From a virus (Duplodnaviria; Heunggongvirae; Uroviricota; Caudoviricetes): a stretch of 33,563 bases of DNA. This document shows positions 17,168-26,654 of this stretch, piece by piece; position 1 is the stretch's first letter, and every line of letters begins with the position of its first letter. The notes under the pieces were generated by a model that worked only from the letters and a program-made list of their open reading frames with translations, searched no databases and was not told where the DNA came from. The stretch lies in IMG/VR virus record IMGVR_UViG_2541047945_000006; one strand, 5' to 3'. The translations under genes and the position numbers were made by a program.

Positions 17168-17243
17168 GCTGGTTTAGCTCCAATGGTAGAGCGGTCGCCT
17201 TGTAAGCGAATGGGTAGCGGTTCAAGTCCGTTAACCAGCACCA
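17168..17243 (+). tRNA. tRNA-like gene, predicted anticodon UGU (Thr)
   Basis: Manual cloverleaf: perfect acceptor GCTGGTT/AACCAGC, D-arm GCTC/GAGC, anticodon loop CTTGTAA, T-loop TTCAAGT, encoded ACCA 3' end. Confidence 0.6.
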
Positions 17244-17361
17244 TAACTGAGCCGTAGCCACTGGCTATCCTGAATTCATCAGTGATAGTTACGCTGCGGC
17301 CTTCTTTTTTCCCCTTCCCAATATAAGAACTACGCAATCCGTTACTGGCGGAGGCGTTGCT

Positions 17362-17607
17362 ATGAAATCAATGGACAAAATCTCAACTGGCATTGCCTAC
17401 GGAACATCTGCTGGTAGTGCGGGATACTGGTTTTTGCAGTGGTTGGATCAGGTCAGTCCGTCACAGTGGGCTGCGATTGGAGTGCTTGGAAGCCTTGTGT
17501 TGGGTTTTCTCACTTATCTGACAAATCTGTATTTCAAAATCAGAGAAGACAGACGAAAGGCTGCGAGTGAACCGCCCCGGGTTTCCTGGAGAGTATTTTA
17601 TCTGTGA
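17362..17607 (+). CDS. S: Phage-21-type pinholin S21 with IS-altered C-terminus
   Basis: Dual-start MKSMDKI and SAR-type TM region match S21 from memory; the last codons (ARGE-stop in intact S21) are replaced by a read-through into the IS end ([13 protein letters not shown]). Confidence 0.8.
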   Translation: MKSMDKISTGIAYGTSAGSAGYWFLQWLDQVSPSQWAAIGVLGSLVLGFLTYLTNLYFKIREDRRKAASEPPRVSWRVFYL

Positions 17608-17609
17608 AC

Positions 17610-18500
17610 TCAGGCTGCCAGATCATCGTTTCCGATGGAAGCATAATAAGCTTTTTCTGCTTCTGCCGGAGGAGTATGGCCCAGCCTTTCCAGCAATCGT
17701 CGATTGTTATACCAGTCCACCCACGTGAGTGTGGCCAGTTCCACTTCTGCACGGTTTTTCCAGCTCTTACGGTGTATTACCTCCGCTTTGTAAAGACCAT
17801 TGATGCTCTCCGCCATCGCGTTGTCATACGAGTCGCCTGTACTTCCTGTTGATGCCAGTAATCCGGCTTCCTTAAGCCGCTGTGTGTAGGCCAGCGATAC
17901 ATACTGAGAACCTTTATCACTGTGATGGACCGTGCCGGACGGTCGACGGGCCCATAACGCCTGCTCCAGTGCATCCAGCACGAATGTCGTCTCCATGGAC
18001 GATGAGACCCGCCACCCCACAATGTATCCGGCAAACACATCAATGATGAACGCCACATAGACGAAGCCCTGCCATGTGCTGACGTAAGTAAAATCAGCCA
18101 CCCACAGCTGGTCAGGTCGTTCTGCCACGAACTGACGGTTTACGCGGTCGCCTGCGGCAACGGCTTTCCGGCTGATGGTCGTACGGACCTTTTTACCCCG
18201 GAGAACACCGGCAAGTCCCATAACCGCCATGAGACGTGCCACAGTGCATCTGGCCACTCTGATACCTTCCCGTAACAACTGACGCCAGACTTTACGCACA
18301 CCGTATACCTTGTGATTTTCATCGTATACGCGCTGTATCTCTTTCTTCAGCCAGTCATCGCGCTGCGCACGGGCACTGCGTTTATCCGGATGATGTCGCT
18401 GTTGCTGACAGTGGTAATACGTTGACGGGGCAATATGCAGTTCGCTGCATAGCGGTCCGACCCCGTACTGCTCACGCAGCTTATCCAGCAGTGGCATCAT
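17610..18500 (-). CDS. IS3-family transposase OrfB (DDE integrase-like catalytic domain)
   Basis: 296-aa ORF of typical IS3-family OrfB character; overlaps orfA as expected for -1 frameshift fusion. Confidence 0.85.
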   Translation of the reverse strand: MMPLLDKLREQYGVGPLCSELHIAPSTYYHCQQQRHHPDKRSARAQRDDWLKKEIQRVYDENHKVYGVRKVWRQLLREGIRVARCTVARLMAVMGLAGVLRGKKVRTTISRKAVAAGDRVNRQFVAERPDQLWVADFTYVSTWQGFVYVAFIIDVFAGYIVGWRVSSSMETTFVLDALEQALWARRPSGTVHHSDKGSQYVSLAYTQRLKEAGLLASTGSTGDSYDNAMAESINGLYKAEVIHRKSWKNRAEVELATLTWVDWYNNRRLLERLGHTPPAEAEKAYYASIGNDDLAA

Positions 18501-18823
18501 TTTTTCCAGAGGCGGTCGAACTCCGCCTTCGCAAAATAAGCGGAAGCCTGGCGAAGGATATCGTTACTGCGGCGCAGTTCACGATTTTCACGCTCCAGCT
18601 CTTTCAGACGCTGACGTTCAGCGGTGGTGAGCCCTCCATCACCGCCCCCGGTATCCCGCTCATGCTGGCGAACCCAGACACGCAGAGTCTCCGGCGTACA
18701 GCCAATCTTTGGAGCAATGGAACAAATTGTCGCCCATTGTGAGTCATATTCGCCCTGACTTTCCAGAACCATACGGACTGCCCGTTGACGGACTTCAGGG
18801 GAAAAACGAGTATTTTTAGTCAT
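18497..18823 (-). CDS. IS3-family transposase OrfA (HTH plus leucine zipper)
   Basis: 108-aa ORF ([57 protein letters not shown]...) that I recall as IS629/IS1203-type OrfA. Confidence 0.85.
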   Translation of the reverse strand: MTKNTRFSPEVRQRAVRMVLESQGEYDSQWATICSIAPKIGCTPETLRVWVRQHERDTGGGDGGLTTAERQRLKELERENRELRRSNDILRQASAYFAKAEFDRLWKK

Positions 18824-18889
18824 CCTGTTTACCTCTTTCTCAGGAAGTTTAGTCTCCAGGATTCCCGGGGCGGTTCAGAGAGGTGAATA

Positions 18890-19387
18890 ATGCCTCCATC
18901 ATTACGAAAAGCCGTTGCTGCTGCTATTGGTGGCGGGGCTATTGCCATAGCATCTGTGTTAATCACTGGCCCAAGTGGTAACGATGGTCTGGAAGGTGTG
19001 AGACATAATCCTTACAAAGACATAGTTGGTGTATGGACTGTATGTTACGGGCATACAGGAAAAGACATCATTCCCGGTAAAACGTATACCGAAGCAGAAT
19101 GCAAAGCCCTCCTGAATAAAGACCTTGCCACGGTCGCCAGACAAATTAACCCGTACATCAAAGTCGATATACCGGAAACAACGCGCGGCGCTCTTTACTC
19201 GTTCGTTTACAACGTGGGTGCAGGCAATTTCAGAACATCGACGCTTCTTCGCAAAATCAACCAGGGTGATATCAAAGGTGCGTGTGACCAGCTACGTCGC
19301 TGGACATACGCTGGCGGTAAGCAATGGAAAGGGCTGATGACCCGTCGTGATATTGAGCGTGAAGTCTGTTTGTGGGGGCAGCAATGA
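18890..19387 (+). CDS. R: SAR endolysin (phage 21 R21-like lysozyme)
   Basis: N-terminal Gly/Ala-rich signal-anchor-release domain ([18 protein letters not shown]) followed by a lysozyme domain; begins 10 nt after the IS end. Confidence 0.85.
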   Translation: MPPSLRKAVAAAIGGGAIAIASVLITGPSGNDGLEGVRHNPYKDIVGVWTVCYGHTGKDIIPGKTYTEAECKALLNKDLATVARQINPYIKVDIPETTRGALYSFVYNVGAGNFRTSTLLRKINQGDIKGACDQLRRWTYAGGKQWKGLMTRRDIEREVCLWGQQ

Positions 19388-19821
19388 GCAGGTTAACCGC
19401 GATTATCTCCGCTCTGATTATCAGCATCATCGTCTGCCTGTCATGGGCTGTTAATCATTACCGTGATAACGCCATCGCCTACAAAGAGCAGCGCGATAAG
19501 GCCGCATCCACAATCGCTGACATGCAGAAGCGTCAACGTGATGTAGCAGAACTTGACGCCAGATACACAAAGGAGCTTGCTGATGCTAACGCGACTATCG
19601 AAAGTCTCCGTGCTGATGTTTCTGCTGGTCGTAAGCGCCTGCAAGTCGCCGCCACCTGTGCAAAGTCAACGACCGGAGCCAGCAGCATGGGCGATGGAGA
19701 AAGCCCAAGACTTACAGCAGATGCTGAACTCAATTATTACCGTCTACGAAGTGGAATCGACAGGATAACCGCGCAGGTTAACTACCTGCAGGAGTACATC
19801 AGGACGCAATGCCTTCGATGA
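19384..19821 (+). CDS. Rz: Rz i-spanin
   Basis: Start at internal ATG ([31 protein letters not shown]...) overlapping the R stop; resembles lambda Rz from memory. Confidence 0.8.
   Translation: MSRLTAIISALIISIIVCLSWAVNHYRDNAIAYKEQRDKAASTIADMQKRQRDVAELDARYTKELADANATIESLRADVSAGRKRLQVAATCAKSTTGASSMGDGESPRLTADAELNYYRLRSGIDRITAQVNYLQEYIRTQCLR
19583..19768 (+). CDS. Rz1: Rz1 o-spanin (lipoprotein) embedded in Rz in the +1 frame
   Basis: 61-aa ORF with lipobox LVVSAC and a proline-rich mature region, nested inside Rz. Confidence 0.65.
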   Translation: MLTRLSKVSVLMFLLVVSACKSPPPVQSQRPEPAAWAMEKAQDLQQMLNSIITVYEVESTG

Positions 19822-19995
19822 TAGCGATAATTTTACTCATCATCCTTCACATCTGGCTCTGTAGACAGGGTGGTGATCACTTCTGGAGTAAATCCAGATT
19901 AAACATCTCATTGCTGATGCTTGATATTGAGCATCTGGCGCGCAGTAAGGGGCTGCGTTGAGATAAGAGCCAGTTCATTACAAATACCAGGATTT

Positions 19996-20023
19996 AGCCT
20001 CGCATTCGCGGGGCTTTTTTATA
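19996..20023 (+). terminator. Putative intrinsic terminator after the lysis cassette
   Basis: AGCCTCGC-ATTC-GCGGGGCT hairpin (one G-T pair) followed by TTTTTTAT. Confidence 0.5.
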
Positions 20024-20164
20024 TCTGAATTTCACAGCGCATCTCACGCGCATATTAACGAGAGCCTTTCAGTAAGCGAGCCTGAGAAATGCCGTTATAG
20101 GTGGCGACCTCTCTCGGGCGGCTTTTCTGTGAGACAGGCTCACTTTCTAAAAGGTAAAGACGCT

Positions 20165-20662
20165 ATGAAAGCAATCACGCTTTTTAATACACCGATTCGT
20201 GTTGATGAATCAGGAATGATCTGCCTCACTGATATGTGGAAAGCCAGTGGTAAAAGTGAATCTGAATCTCCGTACCACTACCTGCGAAACAAGCAGACCA
20301 AAGAGTTCTTAGCCGAGCTGGAGAAAAACCACGAATCTGTGGTTTTTACTGAGCGCGGTGTACACGGTGGAACATATGGCGGGAAGTTTGTTGCTTATGA
20401 TTATGCAGCATGGCTAAACCCCGGGTTCAAGTACGCGGCCTATAAAGTCCTCGATGACTACTTCACCGGAGAACTTCAGCATCGCAACAGCTTAAGTGCG
20501 CAGCTCAACATGAAATGTCATGAGTTTGACCAGAAGAAAGACATGGCGAGCTTCTGCGGACAAGGGCTGGCGGCATGGCGCTATACGAAGCCAGTGTTGG
20601 TCGCTGAGATTAACTCCCTGGCTAACCAGCTGCAGATTACGATCCCCGGGCTTCCGGGATGA
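20165..20662 (+). CDS. KilA-N domain protein (moron between lysis and packaging genes)
   Basis: Start at internal ATG (MKAITLFN...); KilA-N/APSES-like features (...GTYGGKFVAYDYAAWLNPGFKYAAYKVL...). Confidence 0.6.
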   Translation: MKAITLFNTPIRVDESGMICLTDMWKASGKSESESPYHYLRNKQTKEFLAELEKNHESVVFTERGVHGGTYGGKFVAYDYAAWLNPGFKYAAYKVLDDYFTGELQHRNSLSAQLNMKCHEFDQKKDMASFCGQGLAAWRYTKPVLVAEINSLANQLQITIPGLPG

Positions 20663-20916
20663 GTGATCGTGTCATTGAATGCGCCTCCAGAGCGGGGCGC
20701 GACTTCTCAGAGTTCATGAAAGGCGAGAAGGGCATGATGGAAGCATTGGCCTCGGTGGATGAGTTTGGCGAGCAGCTGCGCCTCAACGGCTGTGTCAATC
20801 ATCACTTTGTTAGCTACATGATGCGGAACTCGATCATGCAGGCATTCATGGACATGGCAAAAGCCGAGAGGAAAGAAGAGCGCCGGCGTAAGCGAGCGGA
20901 AGCAAAAGCGAAGTAG
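20659..20916 (+). CDS. Hypothetical protein (85 aa) with Arg/Lys-rich C-terminus
   Basis: Translationally coupled to the KilA-N gene (ATGA overlap). Confidence 0.5.
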   Translation: MSDRVIECASRAGRDFSEFMKGEKGMMEALASVDEFGEQLRLNGCVNHHFVSYMMRNSIMQAFMDMAKAERKEERRRKRAEAKAK

Positions 20917-21196
20917 CCATTACAAAGCCCATTTACGGGTGGGCTTGATAATGAAACCGGAATTTATTCTGGGCCACCAGTTAACGGCAGTACCACGAAA
21001 CAACCCAAGCCAGTAAGCGGGGAAATAACACTGGCAGCCACTGAAAGATGAACCTCCAGCCTTATGGCAAAAAAGATTCTTTGTGGTGGCGGACTGATGG
21101 AAAGACATCGGTTATTGCAGAGGCCATTCAATGAGCGGTCTCGACAATGAGTAAAAGCACAATATGTGAGGCAGAAACGAATTGGTTATATTGAGT

Positions 21197-21340
21197 TTAG
21201 GATGGATTTGAGCCCATAGGGAGTGGGAACGTAACCCAGCCCCCGAGGTAGAAGAGAGCGACATCGACCATGGTGAGTTCTTCGGTATTCGAGGTTAAGC
21301 GTTTTACCGTATTCATGAATTTTTCTGAATATTTCCTCAT
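21197..21340 (-). CDS. Hypothetical small protein (47 aa) inside the IR-bracketed segment
   Basis: ATG at 21338-21340 preceded by AGGGGG SD; the C-terminal codons are encoded by the left inverted repeat; taken from the tail of track ORF 21197-21889. Confidence 0.3.
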   Translation of the reverse strand: MRKYSEKFMNTVKRLTSNTEELTMVDVALFYLGGWVTFPLPMGSNPS

Positions 21341-21475
21341 GGCAACCCCCTTGCTTTTGGCTATATCGCTAACAACTTTTACTGCTTTTGGTATCAGTGG
21401 ATAAAACAAAAGTCCTACTGCTGTAATGTTTTTCACCACTTGAACGATATCGCTTCCGGCACTCCCTATGGGCTC
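21210..21475. repeat. Pair of perfect 16-bp inverted repeats (GAGCCCATAGGGAGTG / CACTCCCTATGGGCTC) bracketing a 266-bp segment
   Basis: Exact reverse complements at 21210-21225 and 21460-21475, in the non-coding region upstream of the small terminase gene. Confidence 0.7.
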
Positions 21476-21512
21476 GTAGGGAGATAGTTTAACTAAATAA
21501 AGAGAATAAGCA

Positions 21513-22040
21513 ATGGCACTCACCGACAAACAAGAAATGTTCTGTCGCGAGTACCTCATCGATTTAAACGCCACGCAAGCGGCTATTCGGGCGGGGTACA
21601 GCGCAAAGACAGCTAACCGTACCGCATCCGAAAACCTGTCAAAACATGACATCAAGTTAAGAATCGCCGAACTGAAAGCGCAACGCAATGATCTTGTTGG
21701 TATTAACGCAGAATATGTACTTAATCGCCTTATTGAAATCGACCAGATGGATGTGCTCGACATTCTCCTGCAAAACGGCGAGTTAAAGCCAATTAAAGAC
21801 TGGCCTAAGGTATGGCGCACAACGCTATCAGGAATGGATGTCGTGGAGATGGTATCCGCAGATAGCGCCGCACTTCTGAAGAAAATCAAATGGCCTGATA
21901 AGGTTAAAAACCTCGAACTTCTTGGTAAGCATGTTTCTGTTCAGGCGTTTAAAGAACAAGCTTCTCACGAATTAACAGGCAAAGACGGCGGCGCAATTCA
22001 GATTGAAACATCACCGATGAGCACTCTATTTGGAAAATGA
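21513..22040 (+). CDS. Terminase small subunit
   Basis: 175-aa ORF immediately upstream of and overlapping the large terminase (ATGA); N-terminal HTH-like region (MALTDKQEMFCREYLIDLNATQAAIRAGYS). Confidence 0.85.
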   Translation: MALTDKQEMFCREYLIDLNATQAAIRAGYSAKTANRTASENLSKHDIKLRIAELKAQRNDLVGINAEYVLNRLIEIDQMDVLDILLQNGELKPIKDWPKVWRTTLSGMDVVEMVSADSAALLKKIKWPDKVKNLELLGKHVSVQAFKEQASHELTGKDGGAIQIETSPMSTLFGK

Positions 22041-23452
22041 CCTCGATTAATCCTATCTTTGAACCGTTCATTGAGGCGCATCGCTACAAAGTCGCCAAAG
22101 GCGGTCGAGGTAGCGGTAAATCATGGGCAATTGCGAGGCTGCTTGTTGAAGCGGCGCGCCGACAGCCTGTGCGTATTCTCTGCGCTCGTGAACTGCAAAA
22201 CAGTATCAGCGATTCGGTAATCCGGTTGCTTGAAGACACCATCGAGCGGGAAGGGTATTCGGCTGAGTTTGAAATTCAGCGTTCCATGATTCGTCATCTC
22301 GGAACGAATGCTGAATTCATGTTCTACGGCATCAAAAACAACCCGACGAAGATTAAATCGCTCGAAGGCATTGATATCTGCTGGGTGGAAGAAGCGGAAG
22401 CGGTAACGAAGGAATCATGGGATATCCTGATACCAACCATCCGTAAGCCGTTCTCTGAAATATGGGTGAGCTTTAACCCGAAGAACATACTCGACGATAC
22501 CTATCAGCGATTCGTTGTAAATCCTCCCGATGATATTTGCCTGCTGACGGTGAACTACACCGACAACCCGCACTTTCCTGAGGTTCTCCGTCTGGAGATG
22601 GAAGAGTGTAAACGCAGAAATCCGACACTGTATCGTCACATCTGGCTTGGTGAGCCAGTAAGCGCAAGTGATATGGCAATCATCAAACGTGAATGGCTTG
22701 AAGCAGCAACCGATGCGCACAAGAAACTCGGATGGAAAGCGAAAGGCGCTGTTGTCTCTGCGCATGACCCATCAGATACAGGGCCAGATGCTAAAGGTTA
22801 TGCATCGCGTCACGGTTCGGTGGTTAAGCGCATTGCCGAAGGTCTGCTGATGGACATCAACGAGGGTGCTGACTGGGCTACTTCGCTGGCGATTGAAGAC
22901 GGCGCTGACCATTACCTGTGGGATGGTGATGGTGTTGGTGCCGGGCTACGCAGACAGACAACGGAAGCGTTCTCCGGCAAGAAAATCACCGCCACGATGT
23001 TCAAGGGCAGCGAATCGCCATTCGATGAAGATGCACCGTATCAGGCCGGAGCATGGGCTGATGAAGTCGTACAGGGCGACAACGTTCGCACTATTGGCGA
23101 TGTGTTCCGCAATAAGCGAGCGCAATTCTATTACGCGCTGGCTGACAGGCTGTATCTGACATATCGGGCGGTTGTCCACGGTGAGTATGCAGACCCCGAC
23201 GACATGCTGAGTTTCGACAAAGAAGCGATAGGCGAGAAGATGCTGGAGAAGCTGTTTGCAGAACTGACGCAGATTCAGCGCAAATTCAATAATAACGGGA
23301 AGCTGGAGCTTATGACTAAGGTCGAAATGAAGCAGAAGCTCGGTATTCCATCTCCTAACCTGGCTGATGCGTTGATGATGTGTATGCATTGCCCGGAGTC
23401 GGCTGCGCAACCCGACTATTCCAGTTACTCAATTCCTTGTGGTGTAGGTTGA
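22037..23452 (+). CDS. Terminase large subunit (headful type, Sf6/PBSX family)
   Basis: Walker A KGGRGSGKS near the N-terminus and C-terminal nuclease region; from memory closely resembles the Sf6-type large terminase. Confidence 0.92.
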   Translation: MTSINPIFEPFIEAHRYKVAKGGRGSGKSWAIARLLVEAARRQPVRILCARELQNSISDSVIRLLEDTIEREGYSAEFEIQRSMIRHLGTNAEFMFYGIKNNPTKIKSLEGIDICWVEEAEAVTKESWDILIPTIRKPFSEIWVSFNPKNILDDTYQRFVVNPPDDICLLTVNYTDNPHFPEVLRLEMEECKRRNPTLYRHIWLGEPVSASDMAIIKREWLEAATDAHKKLGWKAKGAVVSAHDPSDTGPDAKGYASRHGSVVKRIAEGLLMDINEGADWATSLAIEDGADHYLWDGDGVGAGLRRQTTEAFSGKKITATMFKGSESPFDEDAPYQAGAWADEVVQGDNVRTIGDVFRNKRAQFYYALADRLYLTYRAVVHGEYADPDDMLSFDKEAIGEKMLEKLFAELTQIQRKFNNNGKLELMTKVEMKQKLGIPSPNLADALMMCMHCPESAAQPDYSSYSIPCGVG

Positions 23453-23453
23453 T

Positions 23454-25652
23454 ATGGCAGAAAAAAAGATGACTGACTGGCATCGCAAGGTGCTGTGCAA
23501 CTTTGATAATGCCTGGTCAGCAACGCAGGATATGCGTGAGCAGATTATAGAAGCTCAACGCTTCGTCAGGGTGTCCGGCGCACAGTGGGAAGGCAGCACA
23601 AACGCTGGTTACTCATTTGATGAAGGCAGGTTTGAGCATTATCCGCGCTTTGAACTGAATAAGATTGCCCGTGAATGTGATCGCATCATTGGCGAGTATC
23701 GACAGAATCGCATCAGCGTTAAATTCAGACCGAAGGACGATAAGGCATCGGAAGCGTTAGCCGAAAAGATGAACGGCAAATTCCGCGCTGATTATCAGGA
23801 AACATCCGGTGGCGAAGCGTGTGATAACGCATTTGATGATGCTGTAACGGGCGGATTCGGTTGTTTCCGCATGTGTGCCGATTACGAAGATGAAATGGAT
23901 CCGAGTAACGAGCAGCGACGCATCAGCCTTCTTCCTGTTTACGACCCAGCGACATGCGTCTTCTTCGATCAGGACAGCAAGCAATATGACCGCTCTGATG
24001 CTATGTGGGCTATGGAAATGTTCTCCATGACGCCTAAAGCGTTCGAGGCTGAATACCCTGATTCCATCGCGGCAAGCCTTTCTCGTGATGACACTGGCAC
24101 TCAATATGACTGGTCAACTCCTGATGCTATCTATGTTGGTCGCTACTACGAAGTTCGCATAGAGAAGGTGAAGCTCACAGCATGGCGTAACCCTGTTAGC
24201 GGAGAAACGGCAATCTATGATGAAGATCAAATCAAAGATATTGTCGACGAGCTGACCGATGGCGCATTCGAACTGATTGGCGAGCGGACAGTGAAGAAAC
24301 GCCGCGTTTATTGCGGTCTTCTGTCTGGCGCTGAATGGCTGGAAGAACCGAAGCGTATTCCGGGTGAACATATTCCTCTCATCCCGGTATATGGGCGTCG
24401 CTCATTTGTTGATAATCAGGAGCGAATCGAAGGCCACGCTGCAAAAGCGATGGATGCACAGCGTCTTGAGAACCTGATGGTTTCCATGATTGCAGATAAC
24501 GCCACTCAGGCTGGCGGCGATGGCATTCCTGTAGTTGATGTTGACATGATTCCTGGTCCTCTTGCCACTCATTGGGCGGAGCGCAACAAAAAGCGCCCGG
24601 CGTTCCTGCCGATGGTCAGTCTGAAAAACAAAAACGGAGATATTACTGCGCAGGCTCAGGTCAGCAGTTATACGCCTCCGACACAAATGCCGCCAGCTCT
24701 TGCCGGGCTATTGCAGTACACCGGAACGGCTATTCAGCAAATTACAGGTGCGTCGCAGCTTGAGAACATGCCGAGCAACGTCGCCACCGATACCGTTGAT
24801 AGCATCTTTAACAGGATGGACACGCAGTCCTATATCTACATGGACAACATGGCTAAATCCATGCGCCGCGCTGGCGTTGTGTGGCTTTCTATGGCGCGTG
24901 AGGTCTATGGCAGCGATACGCCAATGCGCATCGTTAATGAGGACGGCAGCGATGACGTGGCGCTGATGACTGGTGAAGTGATTGACCGTCAGACAGGGCA
25001 GGTTATCGCGCTTAACGACCTTTCGCAGGGTAACTATGAAGTGACTGTCGATGTTGGTCAGTCGTTCGCTACTCGCCGTGATGCAACGGTTAAGTCGTTA
25101 CTTTCCATGCTGGCACTTATCCCGCCAGGAACGCCGAAGCATGACCTTGTATCGTCGATGATTCTCGACAATATGGACGGCGAAGGGATGGACGACCTGA
25201 AAGAATACAACCGCAATCAGTTGCTTCTGTCTGGCGTTATCAAGCCGAGAACGCCTGAAGAACAGCAGATGGTTGAACAGGCGAAACAACAACAGGCCAG
25301 TCAGCCAGATCCGGCTATGGTTGCAGCGCAAGGTCAGCTTCTTGCTGGTCAGGCTGAATTGCAGAAAGCGCAGAACGAACAGGCAGCCATTCAGGTTAAA
25401 GCATTCCAGGCACAGACTGATGCTCAGGTTGCAGCGGCAAACGTTGTGAAAATCCTCGCATCTGCCGATAGCCAGCAGAAATCTGATATCCGCGAGGCTC
25501 TGAAACTGCTCGGACAGTTCCAGCAACAGCAAGGAGACAATGCCCGTGCTGATGCAGAGCTTGTCCTGAAAAGTCAGGCACAGGGACATGCGCAGCGCAT
25601 GGACATCAGCAGCATCCTGCAAAAATCAACTCAGCAACAACCACAGCAGTAA
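23454..25652 (+). CDS. Portal protein (P22 gp1-like)
   Basis: 732-aa ORF; the Gln-rich C-terminal barrel region (PEEQQ...AQGQLLAGQAELQKAQNEQ...RMDISSILQ) resembles P22 portal from memory. Confidence 0.9.
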   Translation: MAEKKMTDWHRKVLCNFDNAWSATQDMREQIIEAQRFVRVSGAQWEGSTNAGYSFDEGRFEHYPRFELNKIARECDRIIGEYRQNRISVKFRPKDDKASEALAEKMNGKFRADYQETSGGEACDNAFDDAVTGGFGCFRMCADYEDEMDPSNEQRRISLLPVYDPATCVFFDQDSKQYDRSDAMWAMEMFSMTPKAFEAEYPDSIAASLSRDDTGTQYDWSTPDAIYVGRYYEVRIEKVKLTAWRNPVSGETAIYDEDQIKDIVDELTDGAFELIGERTVKKRRVYCGLLSGAEWLEEPKRIPGEHIPLIPVYGRRSFVDNQERIEGHAAKAMDAQRLENLMVSMIADNATQAGGDGIPVVDVDMIPGPLATHWAERNKKRPAFLPMVSLKNKNGDITAQAQVSSYTPPTQMPPALAGLLQYTGTAIQQITGASQLENMPSNVATDTVDSIFNRMDTQSYIYMDNMAKSMRRAGVVWLSMAREVYGSDTPMRIVNEDGSDDVALMTGEVIDRQTGQVIALNDLSQGNYEVTVDVGQSFATRRDATVKSLLSMLALIPPGTPKHDLVSSMILDNMDGEGMDDLKEYNRNQLLLSGVIKPRTPEEQQMVEQAKQQQASQPDPAMVAAQGQLLAGQAELQKAQNEQAAIQVKAFQAQTDAQVAAANVVKILASADSQQKSDIREALKLLGQFQQQQGDNARADAELVLKSQAQGHAQRMDISSILQKSTQQQPQQ

Positions 25653-25742
25653 TTAACCCATAACGTGCAATGGCTGTCTTTATGAGGCCTGGCACCCTAT
25701 TGCCTTCCGATGGGCTGAACATCGAGTAAACAGGGGTAACAA

Positions 25743-26636
25743 ATGGACCAGATGGCAGAAAACACACCAGAAGTTGAAATCGAAACCGACGCGTCAGAGC
25801 AGATTCCTGATGATGTCGAACTGGCTGAAGAAGTCGAAACAGAAGATGGCAGTGAGTCCTCCGGCAATGATGCAGAGGAAGCTACTGAAACTGATGACGA
25901 CGAATCAGAACAGGAATTCTACTTTGGTGACGAAAAGCTGGATTCGCCAACCAGTGAAGATAGCGCAGAGCATGGACTGGTAAAACACCTGCGCAAGACG
26001 ATTAAAGAGAAAGACCGCGAGCTGAAAGAGCTGATGCGTCAGTCTCAGAAACCCGTCGAGCAGCAGCCGGTAATCACTCAACCACCGCGAATGCCAAAAC
26101 TGGATGATGAGGACATCGGTTTCGATGAAGAAATCTATCAGCAACGCATGGCTAAGTGGGCAGAGGATAACGGCAAGTACCAGGAGCAAATACGAGAGCG
26201 GAAACGAGAGGAAGAGGCGCGTACCGCAACGCTTCAGCAGAAAGCAGCCAATTACATGCATAGAGTAAAAGCACTGAAAGTGGCTGGCTACCAAGATGCA
26301 GAGCAGGCTGTACGCGAAGATGTTCCTGTTCACATTCAGGACATGATCCTTCTTGAGTCAGAGAAGCCGGAAATCGTTGTTCTGGCACTCGGCCGCAACG
26401 CTGAACTGCGCAAGCAACTGGCAGAAGCTACCAACCCCGTAGCAATTGGTCGTCTGCTGGAACGTATCGAATCTAAGGCCAGAATCATGCCAAAAGCAAA
26501 AACCACGGCAGCCACAACCCCGACAGTTAAGGGGAGCAACGGCGCAGTAATCAATAACCTCGACAAACTGAAAGCCAAGGCGCTGGAAACTGGTGACTGG
26601 ACGCCGTATTTCGCCGCTAAAAAGGCAAAAAAATAA
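25743..26636 (+). CDS. Scaffolding protein
   Basis: 297-aa highly acidic, helical protein located between portal and coat genes. Confidence 0.78.
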   Translation: MDQMAENTPEVEIETDASEQIPDDVELAEEVETEDGSESSGNDAEEATETDDDESEQEFYFGDEKLDSPTSEDSAEHGLVKHLRKTIKEKDRELKELMRQSQKPVEQQPVITQPPRMPKLDDEDIGFDEEIYQQRMAKWAEDNGKYQEQIRERKREEEARTATLQQKAANYMHRVKALKVAGYQDAEQAVREDVPVHIQDMILLESEKPEIVVLALGRNAELRKQLAEATNPVAIGRLLERIESKARIMPKAKTTAATTPTVKGSNGAVINNLDKLKAKALETGDWTPYFAAKKAKK

Positions 26637-26654
26637 CCTATCGGAGCATTAAGC

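Larger units (their letters stand above)
17568..18877 (-). mobile_element. IS3-family insertion sequence, IS629-like, 1310 bp
   Basis: About 25-bp terminal inverted repeats TGAACCGCCCCGGG(T/A)(T/A)TCCTGGAGA at both ends; flanking 3-bp direct repeat GAG (17565-17567 and 18878-18880); orfA/orfB pair inside; joining the flanks restores the S21 reading frame. Confidence 0.85.

Noticed and set aside
20935-20962. Possible terminator hairpin AAGCCCA...TGGGCTT
   Set aside because: A 7-bp stem is present but there is no convincing U-run on either strand.
20920-21108. 62-aa minus-strand ORF
   Set aside because: No SD, Cys/Trp-rich odd composition, in an intergenic region after a plus-strand hairpin.
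21197-21889. 230-aa minus-strand ORF
   Set aside because: Antisense to and overlapping the small terminase gene across most of its length, with low-complexity composition; only its final 47 codons (21197-21340) have a credible SD and were kept as a low-confidence small ORF.
25098-25622. 174-aa minus-strand ORF
   Set aside because: Antisense to the portal C-terminal Gln-rich region; repetitive composition reflects the complement of the portal codons.
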